64,000 nt of DNA, from NCBI GenBank assembly GCA_023245355.1, contig JAHFKN010000001.1, forward strand, positions 75,528 to 139,527, given 5' to 3'. Positions 43,732-54,283 of this stretch are shown here, piece by piece. Each line of letters begins with the position of its first letter. The first letter of the stretch is position 1. The position numbers and the translations under genes are program-made. The notes below the pieces were generated by a model. It searched no databases, was not told the DNA's origin, and was given only the letters and a program-made list of their open reading frames with translations. This DNA is from Candidatus Gottesmanbacteria bacterium. Its GTDB lineage: Bacteria > Patescibacteriota > Microgenomatia > UBA10105 > UBA927.

Positions 43732-43862
43732 CATATACGAAACATGCCAGAAAGGGCATATTTTTGTATATACGGGGTTAAGGATTAGAGCCAGCGGTTC
43801 GGAAATGAGGAGCCATTATCGCAACAACGATTGCGATACTAGCGAATTAATTGACTTTCTTT

Positions 43863-44630
43863 TCATTGCATCTTCGGTGGTAACGGGAAAAATATACTGG
43901 TTCGCCTTTTATACGCTTCAAAATCAGGTCTGCCTGCATATTTTTTCTCAAGCAGGGGTACGCCGGACACAAAAAGGATAAGTATCGTGATTGTTAAAGG
44001 CCCGATAATAGTAATAAGCGCATTTGGCAAAGAGAGCGCGATAATAAATATTCCCCACCATTGAGTTACCTCACCGAAATAGTTCGGATGACGGCTATAT
44101 CGCCATAAACCGGTTTCCATGAGTTTTCCTTTATTTGCAGGATTTGAAATAAATGTTTTGAGTTGCGCATCACCGGTTGATTCGAAGTAAAAACCGATGC
44201 CCCAAACGAATAAACCAATAAGATCGAATATACCGAATACGTTGCTTGGTTGGTTATGAATAAAAATGACAGGTTGGATAATGAGATACAGAAATAGTCC
44301 TTGAAGTAAATAAACCTGGATATACGAGCGCAGGAAAAACCACTTTCCCCAATCTTTCCGCCACGCCGCATACCGATAATCTTCGTGCTTGTTTACACTT
44401 CGCTTATAAATGTGACAAGCCAAACGCATGCCCCAAATGGTCACTAACAGATTAACAAACAATCCACGAAGCGAAGTATTAGATAAATACAATCCTAACC
44501 AGGATATCAGGATAAATCCCAATCCCCACGCTATGTCGGCGACATCATTTCGTTTTTTAACGATCGAAAGGATAAACCAGAAGCTCATATAACAAGATAG
44601 GATTACTGCCAGAACGAGATAGTAGTTCAT
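43863..44630 (-). CDS. ICMT/PEMT/DUF1295-family membrane methyltransferase-like protein
   Basis: [14 protein letters not shown] matches the RHPxY.GE signature of this family. Multiple TM helices. Confidence 0.5.
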   Translation of the reverse strand: MNYYLVLAVILSCYMSFWFILSIVKKRNDVADIAWGLGFILISWLGLYLSNTSLRGLFVNLLVTIWGMRLACHIYKRSVNKHEDYRYAAWRKDWGKWFFLRSYIQVYLLQGLFLYLIIQPVIFIHNQPSNVFGIFDLIGLFVWGIGFYFESTGDAQLKTFISNPANKGKLMETGLWRYSRHPNYFGEVTQWWGIFIIALSLPNALITIIGPLTITILILFVSGVPLLEKKYAGRPDFEAYKRRTSIFFPLPPKMQ

Positions 44631-45025
44631 AATCCAAGCTTGAGAGCTATAAAGTAGGTGGCAACAGAAACCGCAGCAGATACAAACATACCCCAGATGA
44701 GATCAACTATTGTGACAATAAGCGGCCAGTCTTTTATGGTTGCAAGATTCGTGAGGTCGTATGTCGCATACGTAACAAGTCCAAAAAATAAACCCGCCAG
44801 AAGTGCATGCGTCCACATCTTTTTATCAAGTGCAGGATTAATGACAAAGAATATCAAGGCAGCAATAAAAATAAGATAAAAAATGAGAGCGGCCAAAAGA
44901 TTAGGATTCTTAGCCATCAAATACCCTATGTGTTTGGCATAAAAATTTTTGGCAATCAGCGTCAGCCATATCATGTCTATCCCAAGGAAAACAGGCAGCG
45001 CGATACAACAAAGTTTCAGAAACAT
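44627..45025 (-). CDS. Small 4-TM membrane protein
   Basis: Hydrophobic throughout. Overlaps the upstream gene by 4 nt. Confidence 0.35.
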   Translation of the reverse strand: MFLKLCCIALPVFLGIDMIWLTLIAKNFYAKHIGYLMAKNPNLLAALIFYLIFIAALIFFVINPALDKKMWTHALLAGLFFGLVTYATYDLTNLATIKDWPLIVTIVDLIWGMFVSAAVSVATYFIALKLGL

Positions 45026-45070
45026 AGTATGTAATAAAGCATATAGGGATTATGCACGAAACGCAAAGAG

Positions 45071-46414
45071 TTATTTTCCCCGCTTAACGGTAAACAGATT
45101 CGGGTAGTAGAGAAATATGGCAGGAGATTCTTCGACCAGCCGTCGCTGGAAATCCGTATAAATAATTTTCCGTTTTTCCTGGTCCAGTTCCTGTCTGCCA
45201 TCCTCAAGCAATTTATCTATTTTTACGTTTGCGTATCCTGTCACATTTGTCTGGGTCTGTGTGGAATGCCAGAACGGATACTGATCGGGATCAGGAGGTA
45301 CGTCCTGCGCACTAAGCAGCACCTGATAATTTGCCGGTACCGCACTTTCGACCTGGACGGTTGTTTTTACTCCCAAGGCAGTCCACGCAGCGGCAATCTG
45401 CTGAGCAACATCTAAATATGCAGGGAATGTCGATAATGTGAGTTCTGCTGAGGTTGTCGCTAAATGCGTAGTTTTCAAAAGCCGCGATGCTTCCTGAGGC
45501 GAATATGCGTATTTGCGTACATTTTTGGCATATGCCCATGATTTGTTGCTTATAGGCGAACCTGCCCGTTCCCAGGGCAGATCAGGGATTCCGTATGCGA
45601 GTCCCTGACGTACTGCCTTGTCGCTCAGTTCGGGGTTCCGCATGTTAAAAAATAGCGTCACGATGCGGTCGTAATTGGTATGTTCATCGATATGTATATT
45701 CCCCCAGTCGGCAATCCCCGACGGAGAACTGATATCTGCAAGTTCATCTATCTCTCCCAGTTTAAATGCCAGTTTTGCAAGGGCTTCGGTCTGATAGAAC
45801 GTGTACCGTTTCGGCTGTTTGTTCGATTCATCGGTAGGATACAGCTGCAAGGACTTTACGCTGCCGCCGCTTAACTGTATTCTGCCGATTTTATACGGGC
45901 CTATACCGTTTAATCCCGGCAAAAATACCGGCTTGGCGACCAATGTAGGAAACGGGCTGTACGGATACTGCAGATACGCAATAAGCGTGTGCTCACCGGT
46001 CGGAATGAGTGTGACACCGCGGATATTATAATTGATATCGTGAGCGGTAACGCTTTTACCGGTATGCCACTTCATATCACTGCGCATGGTAAAAATAAAT
46101 GTTTTACCGCTGTTGGTAGCTTCCCATGAGGATGCAAGCGCGGGAACAGGCGCGCCGTCAGCAGAAAGCGATGTCAGACCGATACTTACCTGATCCTGTA
46201 TAACCTGCGGCAGCGTAGAAGGACTGAAATCTCCGACGAGTCCTATCCGTTCGGTCGGAAGAAAAAACGATGTACTTACATACGGGTATGTTTTCCAGAA
46301 AACGAACGAAAGAAAAAGACCGATGAAGAACCCCAAAACGAGAGATCGTGTATATTTACGCGCAAGTTCTACGATGATAAGAAATAGTATCCGTACTGAC
46401 CTCGGTGTTGTCAT
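45071..46414 (-). CDS. ABC transporter substrate-binding protein, family 5 (peptide/nickel)
   Basis: N-terminal TM anchor. MRSDMKWHTGKSVTAHDINYN fits the SBP_bac_5 signature region. Confidence 0.6.
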   Translation of the reverse strand: MTTPRSVRILFLIIVELARKYTRSLVLGFFIGLFLSFVFWKTYPYVSTSFFLPTERIGLVGDFSPSTLPQVIQDQVSIGLTSLSADGAPVPALASSWEATNSGKTFIFTMRSDMKWHTGKSVTAHDINYNIRGVTLIPTGEHTLIAYLQYPYSPFPTLVAKPVFLPGLNGIGPYKIGRIQLSGGSVKSLQLYPTDESNKQPKRYTFYQTEALAKLAFKLGEIDELADISSPSGIADWGNIHIDEHTNYDRIVTLFFNMRNPELSDKAVRQGLAYGIPDLPWERAGSPISNKSWAYAKNVRKYAYSPQEASRLLKTTHLATTSAELTLSTFPAYLDVAQQIAAAWTALGVKTTVQVESAVPANYQVLLSAQDVPPDPDQYPFWHSTQTQTNVTGYANVKIDKLLEDGRQELDQEKRKIIYTDFQRRLVEESPAIFLYYPNLFTVKRGK

Positions 46415-46435
46415 AGCAAATGGTATGACTTTACC

Positions 46436-46651
46436 CTAGCGAAACGCCACATTCAATAATGATGTGATCAGGAAAATTACGGCCAGTACGATGGTTGAGG
46501 TAAATACGATTTTTTCCGCTCCCCGTTTGGTCCGGTACATTTCCCCGCCGCCGAACGCGCTGCCCAACCCTCCCTTGCTGGTTTGCAGCAGGATAAGTGC
46601 GATCAATCCGAACGATACGATCACCTGAAGAATCGTTAATATAGTGCTCAT
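46436..46651 (-). CDS. secG: Preprotein translocase subunit SecG
   Basis: 71 aa with two TM helices. LILLQTSKGGLGSAFGGG matches the SecG Gly-rich loop. Confidence 0.65.
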   Translation of the reverse strand: MSTILTILQVIVSFGLIALILLQTSKGGLGSAFGGGEMYRTKRGAEKIVFTSTIVLAVIFLITSLLNVAFR

Positions 46652-47658
46652 GATATGCTCCTTTCCATAATATCAAAAAGTGCCGATGCAAGTTTTTCGC
46701 TGTTGTGGCGGATAAGACTCCTGATAAGCGCATCCGACGATGATTTGGCATACAACGTGCTACTGATGAGCGGCGCTTTCACGACGCGGTAATAGGATGA
46801 TTCAGGAAGGTCGTTTTTCACCGGAATCTCATGATATTTTGCGTAAATAGCCAACGCCTTCGGAGCGAGGGGTTTCGTGTTGATAAGCACGGTATCTACC
46901 GTTTTACCCAAAATACGTTCCAGCGTCCGTATATGATCCTGGGCCGTAAAATTATATGTCTGACCGTATTTGGTCATAAGGTTCATCACATATACGATTT
47001 TCGCTTTGGTTTTTTTGAGTGCTTCGGGAACGCCGGAAACAAGCAGGTTCGGCAGTATGCTGGTATACAGATCTCCGGGTCCGATGACGACCATATCTGC
47101 GGATCCGATTGCGGCAAGCGCTTCGGGATTCGGCGTGGCCGCAGGTTTTAAATATACGTTTACGATTTTGATGCGCCCGTCATGCTCCGGTTCGTCGATA
47201 AGATGTTCCTCGCCGACAGTGTGTCCGTCTTCATAGGTAGCTAAAAGATTCGTTTCCGTGAACGTGACCGGTATAACGGCTCCTTTGATGCGAAGCACTT
47301 TCCCGGTTTGGCGTATTGCTTCCTCCTGGCTTCCTACTATGTCTGTTAATGCTGCCATGAATAGATTTCCGAACGTCATGCCCGCAATTCCCTGACCTTT
47401 TTCAAATCGGTACATAAACAGTTTCCGAAGCAGACCAATCCCACCGTTTTCATCAGAAAGGGCGACCAGACATTGCCGGAGGTCAGATGTCGGAAGCAGT
47501 CCGAATTCGTCACGGATCCTGCGGTTGCTTCCTCCGGAATCGCTCATGCTCACAATCGCCGAAAGAGAAAGCGGATATTGTTTGAGTCCCCGCAGCGCGA
47601 CAAACGTTCCTGTTCCGCCGCCGATACATACCACATGTTTTTGAGGTGTCCGTTTCAT
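46648..47658 (-). CDS. yvcK: YvcK/UPF0052 (CofD-like) gluconeogenesis-factor family protein
   Basis: VVCIGGGTGTFVALRGLK and SMSDSGGSNRRIRDEFGLLPTSDLRQCL match YvcK signatures. Confidence 0.75.
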   Translation of the reverse strand: MKRTPQKHVVCIGGGTGTFVALRGLKQYPLSLSAIVSMSDSGGSNRRIRDEFGLLPTSDLRQCLVALSDENGGIGLLRKLFMYRFEKGQGIAGMTFGNLFMAALTDIVGSQEEAIRQTGKVLRIKGAVIPVTFTETNLLATYEDGHTVGEEHLIDEPEHDGRIKIVNVYLKPAATPNPEALAAIGSADMVVIGPGDLYTSILPNLLVSGVPEALKKTKAKIVYVMNLMTKYGQTYNFTAQDHIRTLERILGKTVDTVLINTKPLAPKALAIYAKYHEIPVKNDLPESSYYRVVKAPLISSTLYAKSSSDALIRSLIRHNSEKLASALFDIMERSIS

Positions 47659-47669
47659 ATTCGTTTTAT

Positions 47670-48074
47670 CTAATGCTCTGAAATATCATGTAAGAGATTG
47701 ACCAGCATCGAGAGGCTCAATGATACCAAAATAAAGGAAATAAAAGAAGAAAAGGCAATTTGGGGTATGACAAAGCCGGCGATTTCAAGCCCAGGAAATG
47801 TCCATGCCGAGACACTTACCCCCGAAACAAATACCGTCAGAAGGTACAGGACAATAACGTTTATAAACCAGGAAAGCAAACCGAATGTGAGCAAATTAAT
47901 CGGAATAAACAGAATCCGGAGCAGAGGAGCGACAAGCAGCATAAGCAAACTTAACACGAGTCCTGCCAGAAGCAGCACCGGCCATCCCCCGCTGATACTG
48001 AGTGCCGGCAGTATTTGCGACACAAACCATAACGAAAAGCTATGAAACAGAAATACTCTGAGTAAATACTTCAT
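47670..48074 (-). CDS. 4-TM membrane protein (YvlD/DUF360-like)
   Basis: Hydrophobic profile. Adjacent to yvcK. Confidence 0.3.
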   Translation of the reverse strand: MKYLLRVFLFHSFSLWFVSQILPALSISGGWPVLLLAGLVLSLLMLLVAPLLRILFIPINLLTFGLLSWFINVIVLYLLTVFVSGVSVSAWTFPGLEIAGFVIPQIAFSSFISFILVSLSLSMLVNLLHDISEH

Positions 48075-48134
48075 GTGATATTTTATGGTACCAAGTTTGG
48101 ACTACGCCGGTCAAACAGCCCTTTATTTGTCCCG

Positions 48135-49457
48135 CTATGTCAGAAACGCCTCTGACCGGAGTTTCCGGTGGTACGTTATGGCAAACCGGTGCGCTTCGTC
48201 ACGCACCCGCATGACGACTTTGATCGCCCTCCCCGACAGGGGGAGCCGCACGACTTCAAACCCGCGACTTTTAGGTATGACAAGTTCTTCTTCCCGTTTC
48301 GCCAATCCTGCAAGCGGCACGTGCCAGCCTAGGTGTTCCAGCACCTCGCGGGCGGCAGAAACCTGCGTTTTCCCGCCGTCTACCAGAAGAAATTGGGGTG
48401 TGGGCCACTCCGAATGCTTTATCCGTCGGCTTAAGACTTCCCGCATCATCGCAACGTCAGAGATGCCTTTCACTGTCCTGATCCTGAATTTACGGTATTG
48501 GCTTTTTTCCGGGCGTCCGTCACTGAGCACGACCATGGACCCGACTGCCTGGTTGCCGCTTAAATTTGATATATCAAAACATTCGATGCGGGAAAGCTGG
48601 GTAATGGACGGATAGTGTAAACGCAGTGCTACGGTGAGCTCCTCCAGTTCCTCTTCATAAATATCCGTGGCTCCCTGATTGATGAAAACCTGCGGGTCAT
48701 ACCGGTACGCGGACAGGCTATTGAGGAGTGACAGCTGCTGCTTAACCTTTCCTGCGAGTTCAAATTGTTCGTTTTGTGCAAACATGCGCATTTCTTTCTC
48801 GTATTCTTTCGAAAGCCAGCGCGTTTTCCCGTCAAAAAGCGCGCGAAGCCGCCGGATGTTCGTGCGGTACCGGTGTACGGCGTGCTGTTTTTCCCCGCCG
48901 GTCATACGGACAATGAGGGCAGGACACGGATCGCATAATCCTAAATGCGTATAAAAGCACGCACGGCCGTGTCTTTCTTTCTGCGTGCAGTACGGCACGA
49001 TACTCCGTAGCTGCCGAAGCAGAGCGCGCAGTGCAAAACCTGACTGAAACGGACCATATACCGCGTTACCTTTGATGCGCTCGTACGCAGAAATTTCCCC
49101 TTTGCGTACAAATATAATTCTGGGTAATTCCTCGGAAAGAGTGATGACGACATACAGCGGGCTTTTATCATCCCGTGAGATGACGTTGTATTTGGGCATA
49201 TACTGCCGGATAAGTTTGGCCTCGAGAAGCAGGGCATCAAATTCGCTTGTCGTCGGGATAAGCGCGATATCATGGATTTCGCGTACGAGTCTTACTGTTT
49301 TTTCTCCTACGGCATCATCACGCTGGAAGTACTGCTTCACACGTCGCGACAGATCCTTGGCTTTTCCTACATAGATGATTTCTCCGGCCGCGTTTTTATA
49401 CTGATATACGCCGGGCTCATGCGGCAGTGACGCTAACGTTTTTTGGAGGTTTTCCAT
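48135..49457 (-). CDS. uvrC: Excinuclease ABC subunit C (short form lacking the C-terminal HhH tail)
   Basis: The N-terminal GIY-YIG is GVYQYKNAAGEIIYVGKAKDLSRRVKQYF. A UvrC-homology region is present. The C-terminal RNase-H-like domain carries VDGGKTQV. Confidence 0.8.
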   Translation of the reverse strand: MENLQKTLASLPHEPGVYQYKNAAGEIIYVGKAKDLSRRVKQYFQRDDAVGEKTVRLVREIHDIALIPTTSEFDALLLEAKLIRQYMPKYNVISRDDKSPLYVVITLSEELPRIIFVRKGEISAYERIKGNAVYGPFQSGFALRALLRQLRSIVPYCTQKERHGRACFYTHLGLCDPCPALIVRMTGGEKQHAVHRYRTNIRRLRALFDGKTRWLSKEYEKEMRMFAQNEQFELAGKVKQQLSLLNSLSAYRYDPQVFINQGATDIYEEELEELTVALRLHYPSITQLSRIECFDISNLSGNQAVGSMVVLSDGRPEKSQYRKFRIRTVKGISDVAMMREVLSRRIKHSEWPTPQFLLVDGGKTQVSAAREVLEHLGWHVPLAGLAKREEELVIPKSRGFEVVRLPLSGRAIKVVMRVRDEAHRFAITYHRKLRSEAFLT

Positions 49458-51244
49458 ACGATCATTCTGATAAGTTTGTATGCGACTATCCCTGACAGGA
49501 CCACCAATACTACTCCTAATCCGATCATCCAGTACAGCGGTTGTATGACAAACGACTGGGTGAGTGACGTATCATTGACCCGCACGCGTATTTGGCCCGG
49601 CTGGCTGGTAACCGATTGGGGAAACACGGCGGATATGGGAATTCGTACAACGCCGTACGGAAGCAATTCTGCTATCGTATCGGTTATTTTCACTACGTCC
49701 GGTTCGCTTAATACGGTGACTGCGATATTGTAAGCCGATTCCCCGCCTGCGTTCCGTACGACAACGGCTCCTACTGTCTTTCTGCCTGCCCCGACCTGCT
49801 GGGGAAATTCGATACTGGTCATGATGTTGGCGCCCCGGACGTTTTTACCGGTGTCCGAAAACTCCACGCGTACGTCCCGTCCGGTTTTATCCGGACTTCT
49901 GTAGTAGCCTGCAGGGTACGGCATGGAACTGTCGATACCGTTTATGGCAAACACGATATGGTTAAAATCCAGTTTCGTAAAATAATCCACACCTCCGGTT
50001 GTGTTGGCCCAGGTCGGATCGACGGGTACCCACAGATTCGATTCCTTGTCATAATATTCAGGCCACGCATGTAATACGTCGGAAACCAGTGACAGCGGAC
50101 GAAGTTTCGGGTTGCTGGTGTAGGCGTACCCGACGACGCGTCTAGCCGGGATGCCGGCTGCCCTGGCAATGGCGACAAACAGGTCGGTAAATTCCATGCA
50201 GACAGCTTTTTTGGGATCCTTGAGGACGCCTGACGCTCCCATTCTGGGTGCCGAAACGGCGTTCACTTTCGCAAAATCGTATTGCAGCGTGTTGGCCACA
50301 TAGTCATAAATCATCCTGGGAGTGGTAAGCTGCCGTCCGAGTGCAGCGATCTGCGCATCATTCGTTTCCCAGAATTCGGCAGCCTTAAGGTACTCTTCTT
50401 CACGGACAACGGGCTGCTTGTAGTCCTTCCGCGGGGTGAGGTATATGGAAACGGCAACCTTTGCTGTCACCGTAAGTGTTTGGCGCGGATTTACCTGATA
50501 TTTGGCTAACCAGTTTCCCTCAGAATCGCTTGTTACCGTCATCGGAGCGGGAGACAGTTCGTTTAACGTCACGCTCTGATATGCCGTACCCGGCGGCAGG
50601 GCGATTTCCTGTGTTTCTGCTATCACGCCCGGATTATTGAGCGTATACGTAAGCGTAACGTCGAAGTTCTGGTTCATGCCGTACGCTCCCGCGATACCGC
50701 CCCGTATCATCTGCTCTTTTGTCCAGGATCTGCCTTTGGCAGGCAGCGGGGTAAGATAGGCGGCCGGACCGAATGTAGGAGGCACAGCCAAGCTGACGGT
50801 GTACTCTCCGATATCCGGGTCATTGATAACACCCGGAACATAAATTTCCCATATGCTGCCGGCTTTATTGGCGATAGCGCTGTGTTCATACCGCAGAGAA
50901 AATTTGAGTGATTTGGCTAGCCCTATCGACTTCACGTTAAACGAAAGTGCGATATGCGTTTTCCCGTCTTTTACGGAAATTGTCGGCGTGATAACGCCGC
51001 CGTCATCGTAGGCAATAACGTTGGTAATTTTGTCACTGTCCAGAAGCAGTGAATACTCCTGCGGATAAAAATTCGGAAGTTTATTCGTAAGCGTCACGTC
51101 CTGCGTAACAATCGTTTTGCCGGTAGGTGCGACCGCATACCGTACGTCATAATCAGCCTGAAATTCCCCGGCCGCGTGTACTTTGGAACCAAATGGCACG
51201 AATGCAAAGATTGAAAGCAGAGCAATAAGGAGTATGCGGACCAT
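49433..51244 (-). CDS. Secreted transglutaminase-like (Cys-protease fold) domain protein with C-terminal TM anchor
   Basis: Signal peptide present. KAVCMEFTDLFVAIARAAGIPARRVVGYAY matches the transglutaminase-core Cys region. A C-terminal TM helix is present. Confidence 0.5.
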   Translation of the reverse strand: MVRILLIALLSIFAFVPFGSKVHAAGEFQADYDVRYAVAPTGKTIVTQDVTLTNKLPNFYPQEYSLLLDSDKITNVIAYDDGGVITPTISVKDGKTHIALSFNVKSIGLAKSLKFSLRYEHSAIANKAGSIWEIYVPGVINDPDIGEYTVSLAVPPTFGPAAYLTPLPAKGRSWTKEQMIRGGIAGAYGMNQNFDVTLTYTLNNPGVIAETQEIALPPGTAYQSVTLNELSPAPMTVTSDSEGNWLAKYQVNPRQTLTVTAKVAVSIYLTPRKDYKQPVVREEEYLKAAEFWETNDAQIAALGRQLTTPRMIYDYVANTLQYDFAKVNAVSAPRMGASGVLKDPKKAVCMEFTDLFVAIARAAGIPARRVVGYAYTSNPKLRPLSLVSDVLHAWPEYYDKESNLWVPVDPTWANTTGGVDYFTKLDFNHIVFAINGIDSSMPYPAGYYRSPDKTGRDVRVEFSDTGKNVRGANIMTSIEFPQQVGAGRKTVGAVVVRNAGGESAYNIAVTVLSEPDVVKITDTIAELLPYGVVRIPISAVFPQSVTSQPGQIRVRVNDTSLTQSFVIQPLYWMIGLGVVLVVLSGIVAYKLIRMIVWKTSKKR

Positions 51245-51261
51245 GCTGCTGTATTATATCT

Positions 51262-54198
51262 CTATAGTACCTTTTTGAGGAACTGCCCAGTATAGGAATA
51301 TTGACTCTTTGCTATATCAGACGGTCTTCCTTCAGCGACGATTTCTCCTCCGCTGTCCCCTCCTTCAGGACCCAGGTCGATCACCCAATCAGCGTTTCGA
51401 ATGACATCCAGGTTATGCTCGATAACGACAACCGTGTTCCCCAGCGCAACCAACCGATGGAGTACTACCAGCAATTTTTCCAGATCCGCGAAATGAAGCC
51501 CGGTAGTCGGCTCGTCCAATATATAGAGTGTTTTACCGGTAGACCTGCGTGAAAGTTCGCTTGCCAGCTTCACCCGCTGCGCTTCTCCCCCGGAAAGAGT
51601 CGTCGCCGATTGCCCCAGATGCATGTACGAAAGACCTACGTCTGCTATGGTTTTCAGTTTATTGATGACATGCGGATGCGCATGAAAAAATTCTATGGCC
51701 TCGGTAATGCTCAGATTCAAAACGTCGGAAATCGATTTCCCACGATAGGTTACTTCCAGCGTTTCCGCGTTGTACCGTTTGCCGTTACACACTTCGCACG
51801 TTACATACACATCCGCCATAAACTGCATCTCTATTTTCCGCTGCCCTTCCCCCTCGCATGCTTCGCAGCGGCCGCCTTTGACGTTGAAAGAGAACCGTCC
51901 GCTTTTGTATCCGCGTAACTTAGACTCCGAAAGGCCCGCGTACATTTCCCGGATAAAGCTGAAAAGCCCGGTGTATGTCGCAGGATTACTCCGCGGAGTG
52001 CGTCCGATCGGCGATTGGTCAATCAGAATGACTTTGTCGATATCCTCTACCCCTTTGAGCCCTGCAAACGTACCTGCCCGGTCTTTTACAAACGGGTTAA
52101 AATGCTGTTGCAACGCAGGATAGAGCGTCTCGACAACCAGGGAGGATTTGCCGCTGCCGGATACCCCTGTGATACAGACGAATTTCCCCAGCGGCAGCCG
52201 GACGGTAATTCCCTTCAAGTTATGGTGTGATACGTCGGTCAGTGTTAAATACCGTTGCGTATCGGTAACAATCGGTGATTTGGGTGTATGGATTGTCTTA
52301 CGCCCGGTAAGATACGCCCCGGTTACGGATTTAGAAGAGTCTATAATCTCCTTCAGCGTTCCCCGTGCGACGACACTGCCGCCGAACTTGCCTGCTCCGG
52401 GACCGAAATCCACGATATAATCTCCCGCCTCGATCATTTCCCTGTCGTGTTCTACCACGATGACCGAATTACCTAAATTCCTGAGAGCCAAAAGCGTACT
52501 GATCAAACGGTGGTTGTCCCGGGGATGCAGTCCTATGGAAGGCTCGTCCAACACGTATAAAACGCCGGTAAGTCCGGATCCGATCTGCGAAGCAAGACGG
52601 ATACGCTGTGCTTCTCCTCCGGCAAGAGTCGTTGCCCCGCGCCCGAGCGAGAGGTATTCCAAACCGACGCTTAACAGAAATCCGAGCCGTGCCTCTACTT
52701 CTTTGAGAATCGGCGTCACGATTTTTAGTTCGGTCGCGGAAAGCACTCCGGAATTATTTTTTGATAATGTCACGATCCATTCATGCGCCTGCGTGATACT
52801 GAGTGCCGTTACATCGGAAATGGAGCGTTTATCGATGGTGATAGTGAGGCTTTCCTTCTTGAGGCGTTTCCCGTCACAGGATTTACAGATTTCGTTACGC
52901 ATGTATTTTTCTATTTCCGTACGCAAAAATTCCGAATCCGTCTCACGGTACCGGTGCATAAGCTCAGGAATGAATCCTAAGAACTTTTCCTCGATTGCCG
53001 TCTGCTCACCGAATCTGTTTTTTCCCGATACGTGGTGGATTTCCTCGCCGGTTCCGTACAGGAGTATATCGCGCTGCTTTTTCGTAAGCGTTTTCAGTGC
53101 GGCGCGCGGATTTATCCCGTATTTTCCGGCAACCGCCATTACCACGCGTGCATACCAGGTATCATGCAGGAATGTTTTGGCAAACGGCAGAATACCGCCT
53201 TCTGTTATGGACAGTTCCGGACTTATCACCAATTCAGGGTCGACCGTCAGAATAGAGCCGATTCCTGCACAGGACGGGCAGGCTCCGTGCGGGGAGTTGA
53301 ATGAAAAAGACCGCGGCTCTATTTCGGGCAGGGAAATATTGCATATAGGACAGCTGAATTTTTCGGAAAAGATATGATCGTGTGTTTCCTTCGGCTGGTC
53401 CGGCATCGAGAATACTTTATCCTGTATTTCTCCGATAATGACCAGGCCGTCTGCCAGATTGAGAGACTGCTCGACCGCGTCGTTTAACCGGCTGCGTATG
53501 GTAGAAATGACATCCGGCTTCAAGCTCGGAGCATCAATGCTCATCCTGTCTATGATCACGTCGACGGTGTGCTTATTGGTTTTTATAAGGGATATATCCT
53601 CATCCAGATCAATGTACTTCCTGTCTACTCTGGCCTGACGGTATCCTTTGGCTTTGAGATTATCAAACAACCCGCTGAACTCGCCTTTGTGGTCACGCAC
53701 GACGGGAGACAGGATGATCAGACGGTACATTTTGGTACTCCGGGAAGATAATGCCTGCTTTGCCATATCTATGATAGCCGTCACGATCTGATCGGAAGAA
53801 AGCTTGGATATCTCGCGTCCGCAATTCGGACAATGCGGGTGTCCGGCACGCGCAAACAGCAGGCGCAGGTAATCATATATTTCCGTGACAGTTCCTACCG
53901 TGGAACGCGGATTATGCGATGTGGATTTCTGATCGATGGATATGGCAGGAGAAAGCCCCTCGATCATATCGACATCCGGCTTGTCCATAACACCGAGGAA
54001 TTGCCTGGCATAGGACGAAAGCGACTCGACATAGCGACGCTGTCCCTCTGCGTAAATCGTATCGAACGCCAGGCTGGATTTTCCGCTCCCGGACAGACCG
54101 GTAAAGATAACCAGCTTATTTTTCGGAATCTCAAGCGAGACGTTTTTGAGATTATGCTGACGCGCTCCTTTGATGATGATATTATCTGCACTACTCAT
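51262..54198 (-). CDS. uvrA: Excinuclease ABC subunit A
   Basis: Two ABC modules with Walker [11 protein letters not shown] and [10 protein letters not shown]. Zinc-finger Cys pairs are present. The start was taken at the internal Met [11 protein letters not shown]. Confidence 0.9.
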   Translation of the reverse strand: MSSADNIIIKGARQHNLKNVSLEIPKNKLVIFTGLSGSGKSSLAFDTIYAEGQRRYVESLSSYARQFLGVMDKPDVDMIEGLSPAISIDQKSTSHNPRSTVGTVTEIYDYLRLLFARAGHPHCPNCGREISKLSSDQIVTAIIDMAKQALSSRSTKMYRLIILSPVVRDHKGEFSGLFDNLKAKGYRQARVDRKYIDLDEDISLIKTNKHTVDVIIDRMSIDAPSLKPDVISTIRSRLNDAVEQSLNLADGLVIIGEIQDKVFSMPDQPKETHDHIFSEKFSCPICNISLPEIEPRSFSFNSPHGACPSCAGIGSILTVDPELVISPELSITEGGILPFAKTFLHDTWYARVVMAVAGKYGINPRAALKTLTKKQRDILLYGTGEEIHHVSGKNRFGEQTAIEEKFLGFIPELMHRYRETDSEFLRTEIEKYMRNEICKSCDGKRLKKESLTITIDKRSISDVTALSITQAHEWIVTLSKNNSGVLSATELKIVTPILKEVEARLGFLLSVGLEYLSLGRGATTLAGGEAQRIRLASQIGSGLTGVLYVLDEPSIGLHPRDNHRLISTLLALRNLGNSVIVVEHDREMIEAGDYIVDFGPGAGKFGGSVVARGTLKEIIDSSKSVTGAYLTGRKTIHTPKSPIVTDTQRYLTLTDVSHHNLKGITVRLPLGKFVCITGVSGSGKSSLVVETLYPALQQHFNPFVKDRAGTFAGLKGVEDIDKVILIDQSPIGRTPRSNPATYTGLFSFIREMYAGLSESKLRGYKSGRFSFNVKGGRCEACEGEGQRKIEMQFMADVYVTCEVCNGKRYNAETLEVTYRGKSISDVLNLSITEAIEFFHAHPHVINKLKTIADVGLSYMHLGQSATTLSGGEAQRVKLASELSRRSTGKTLYILDEPTTGLHFADLEKLLVVLHRLVALGNTVVVIEHNLDVIRNADWVIDLGPEGGDSGGEIVAEGRPSDIAKSQYSYTGQFLKKVL

Positions 54199-54283
54199 AT
54201 GTATGTCCTGCAGAGCAGGATCAGGCTTAGCCTGACAAAAAGAACCACCGATGTACCGTGGCACCGGCAATTATAGCACGGAT

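Noticed and set aside
52460-53377. 305-aa plus-strand ORF
   Set aside because: Entirely antisense within uvrA, with no supporting features.
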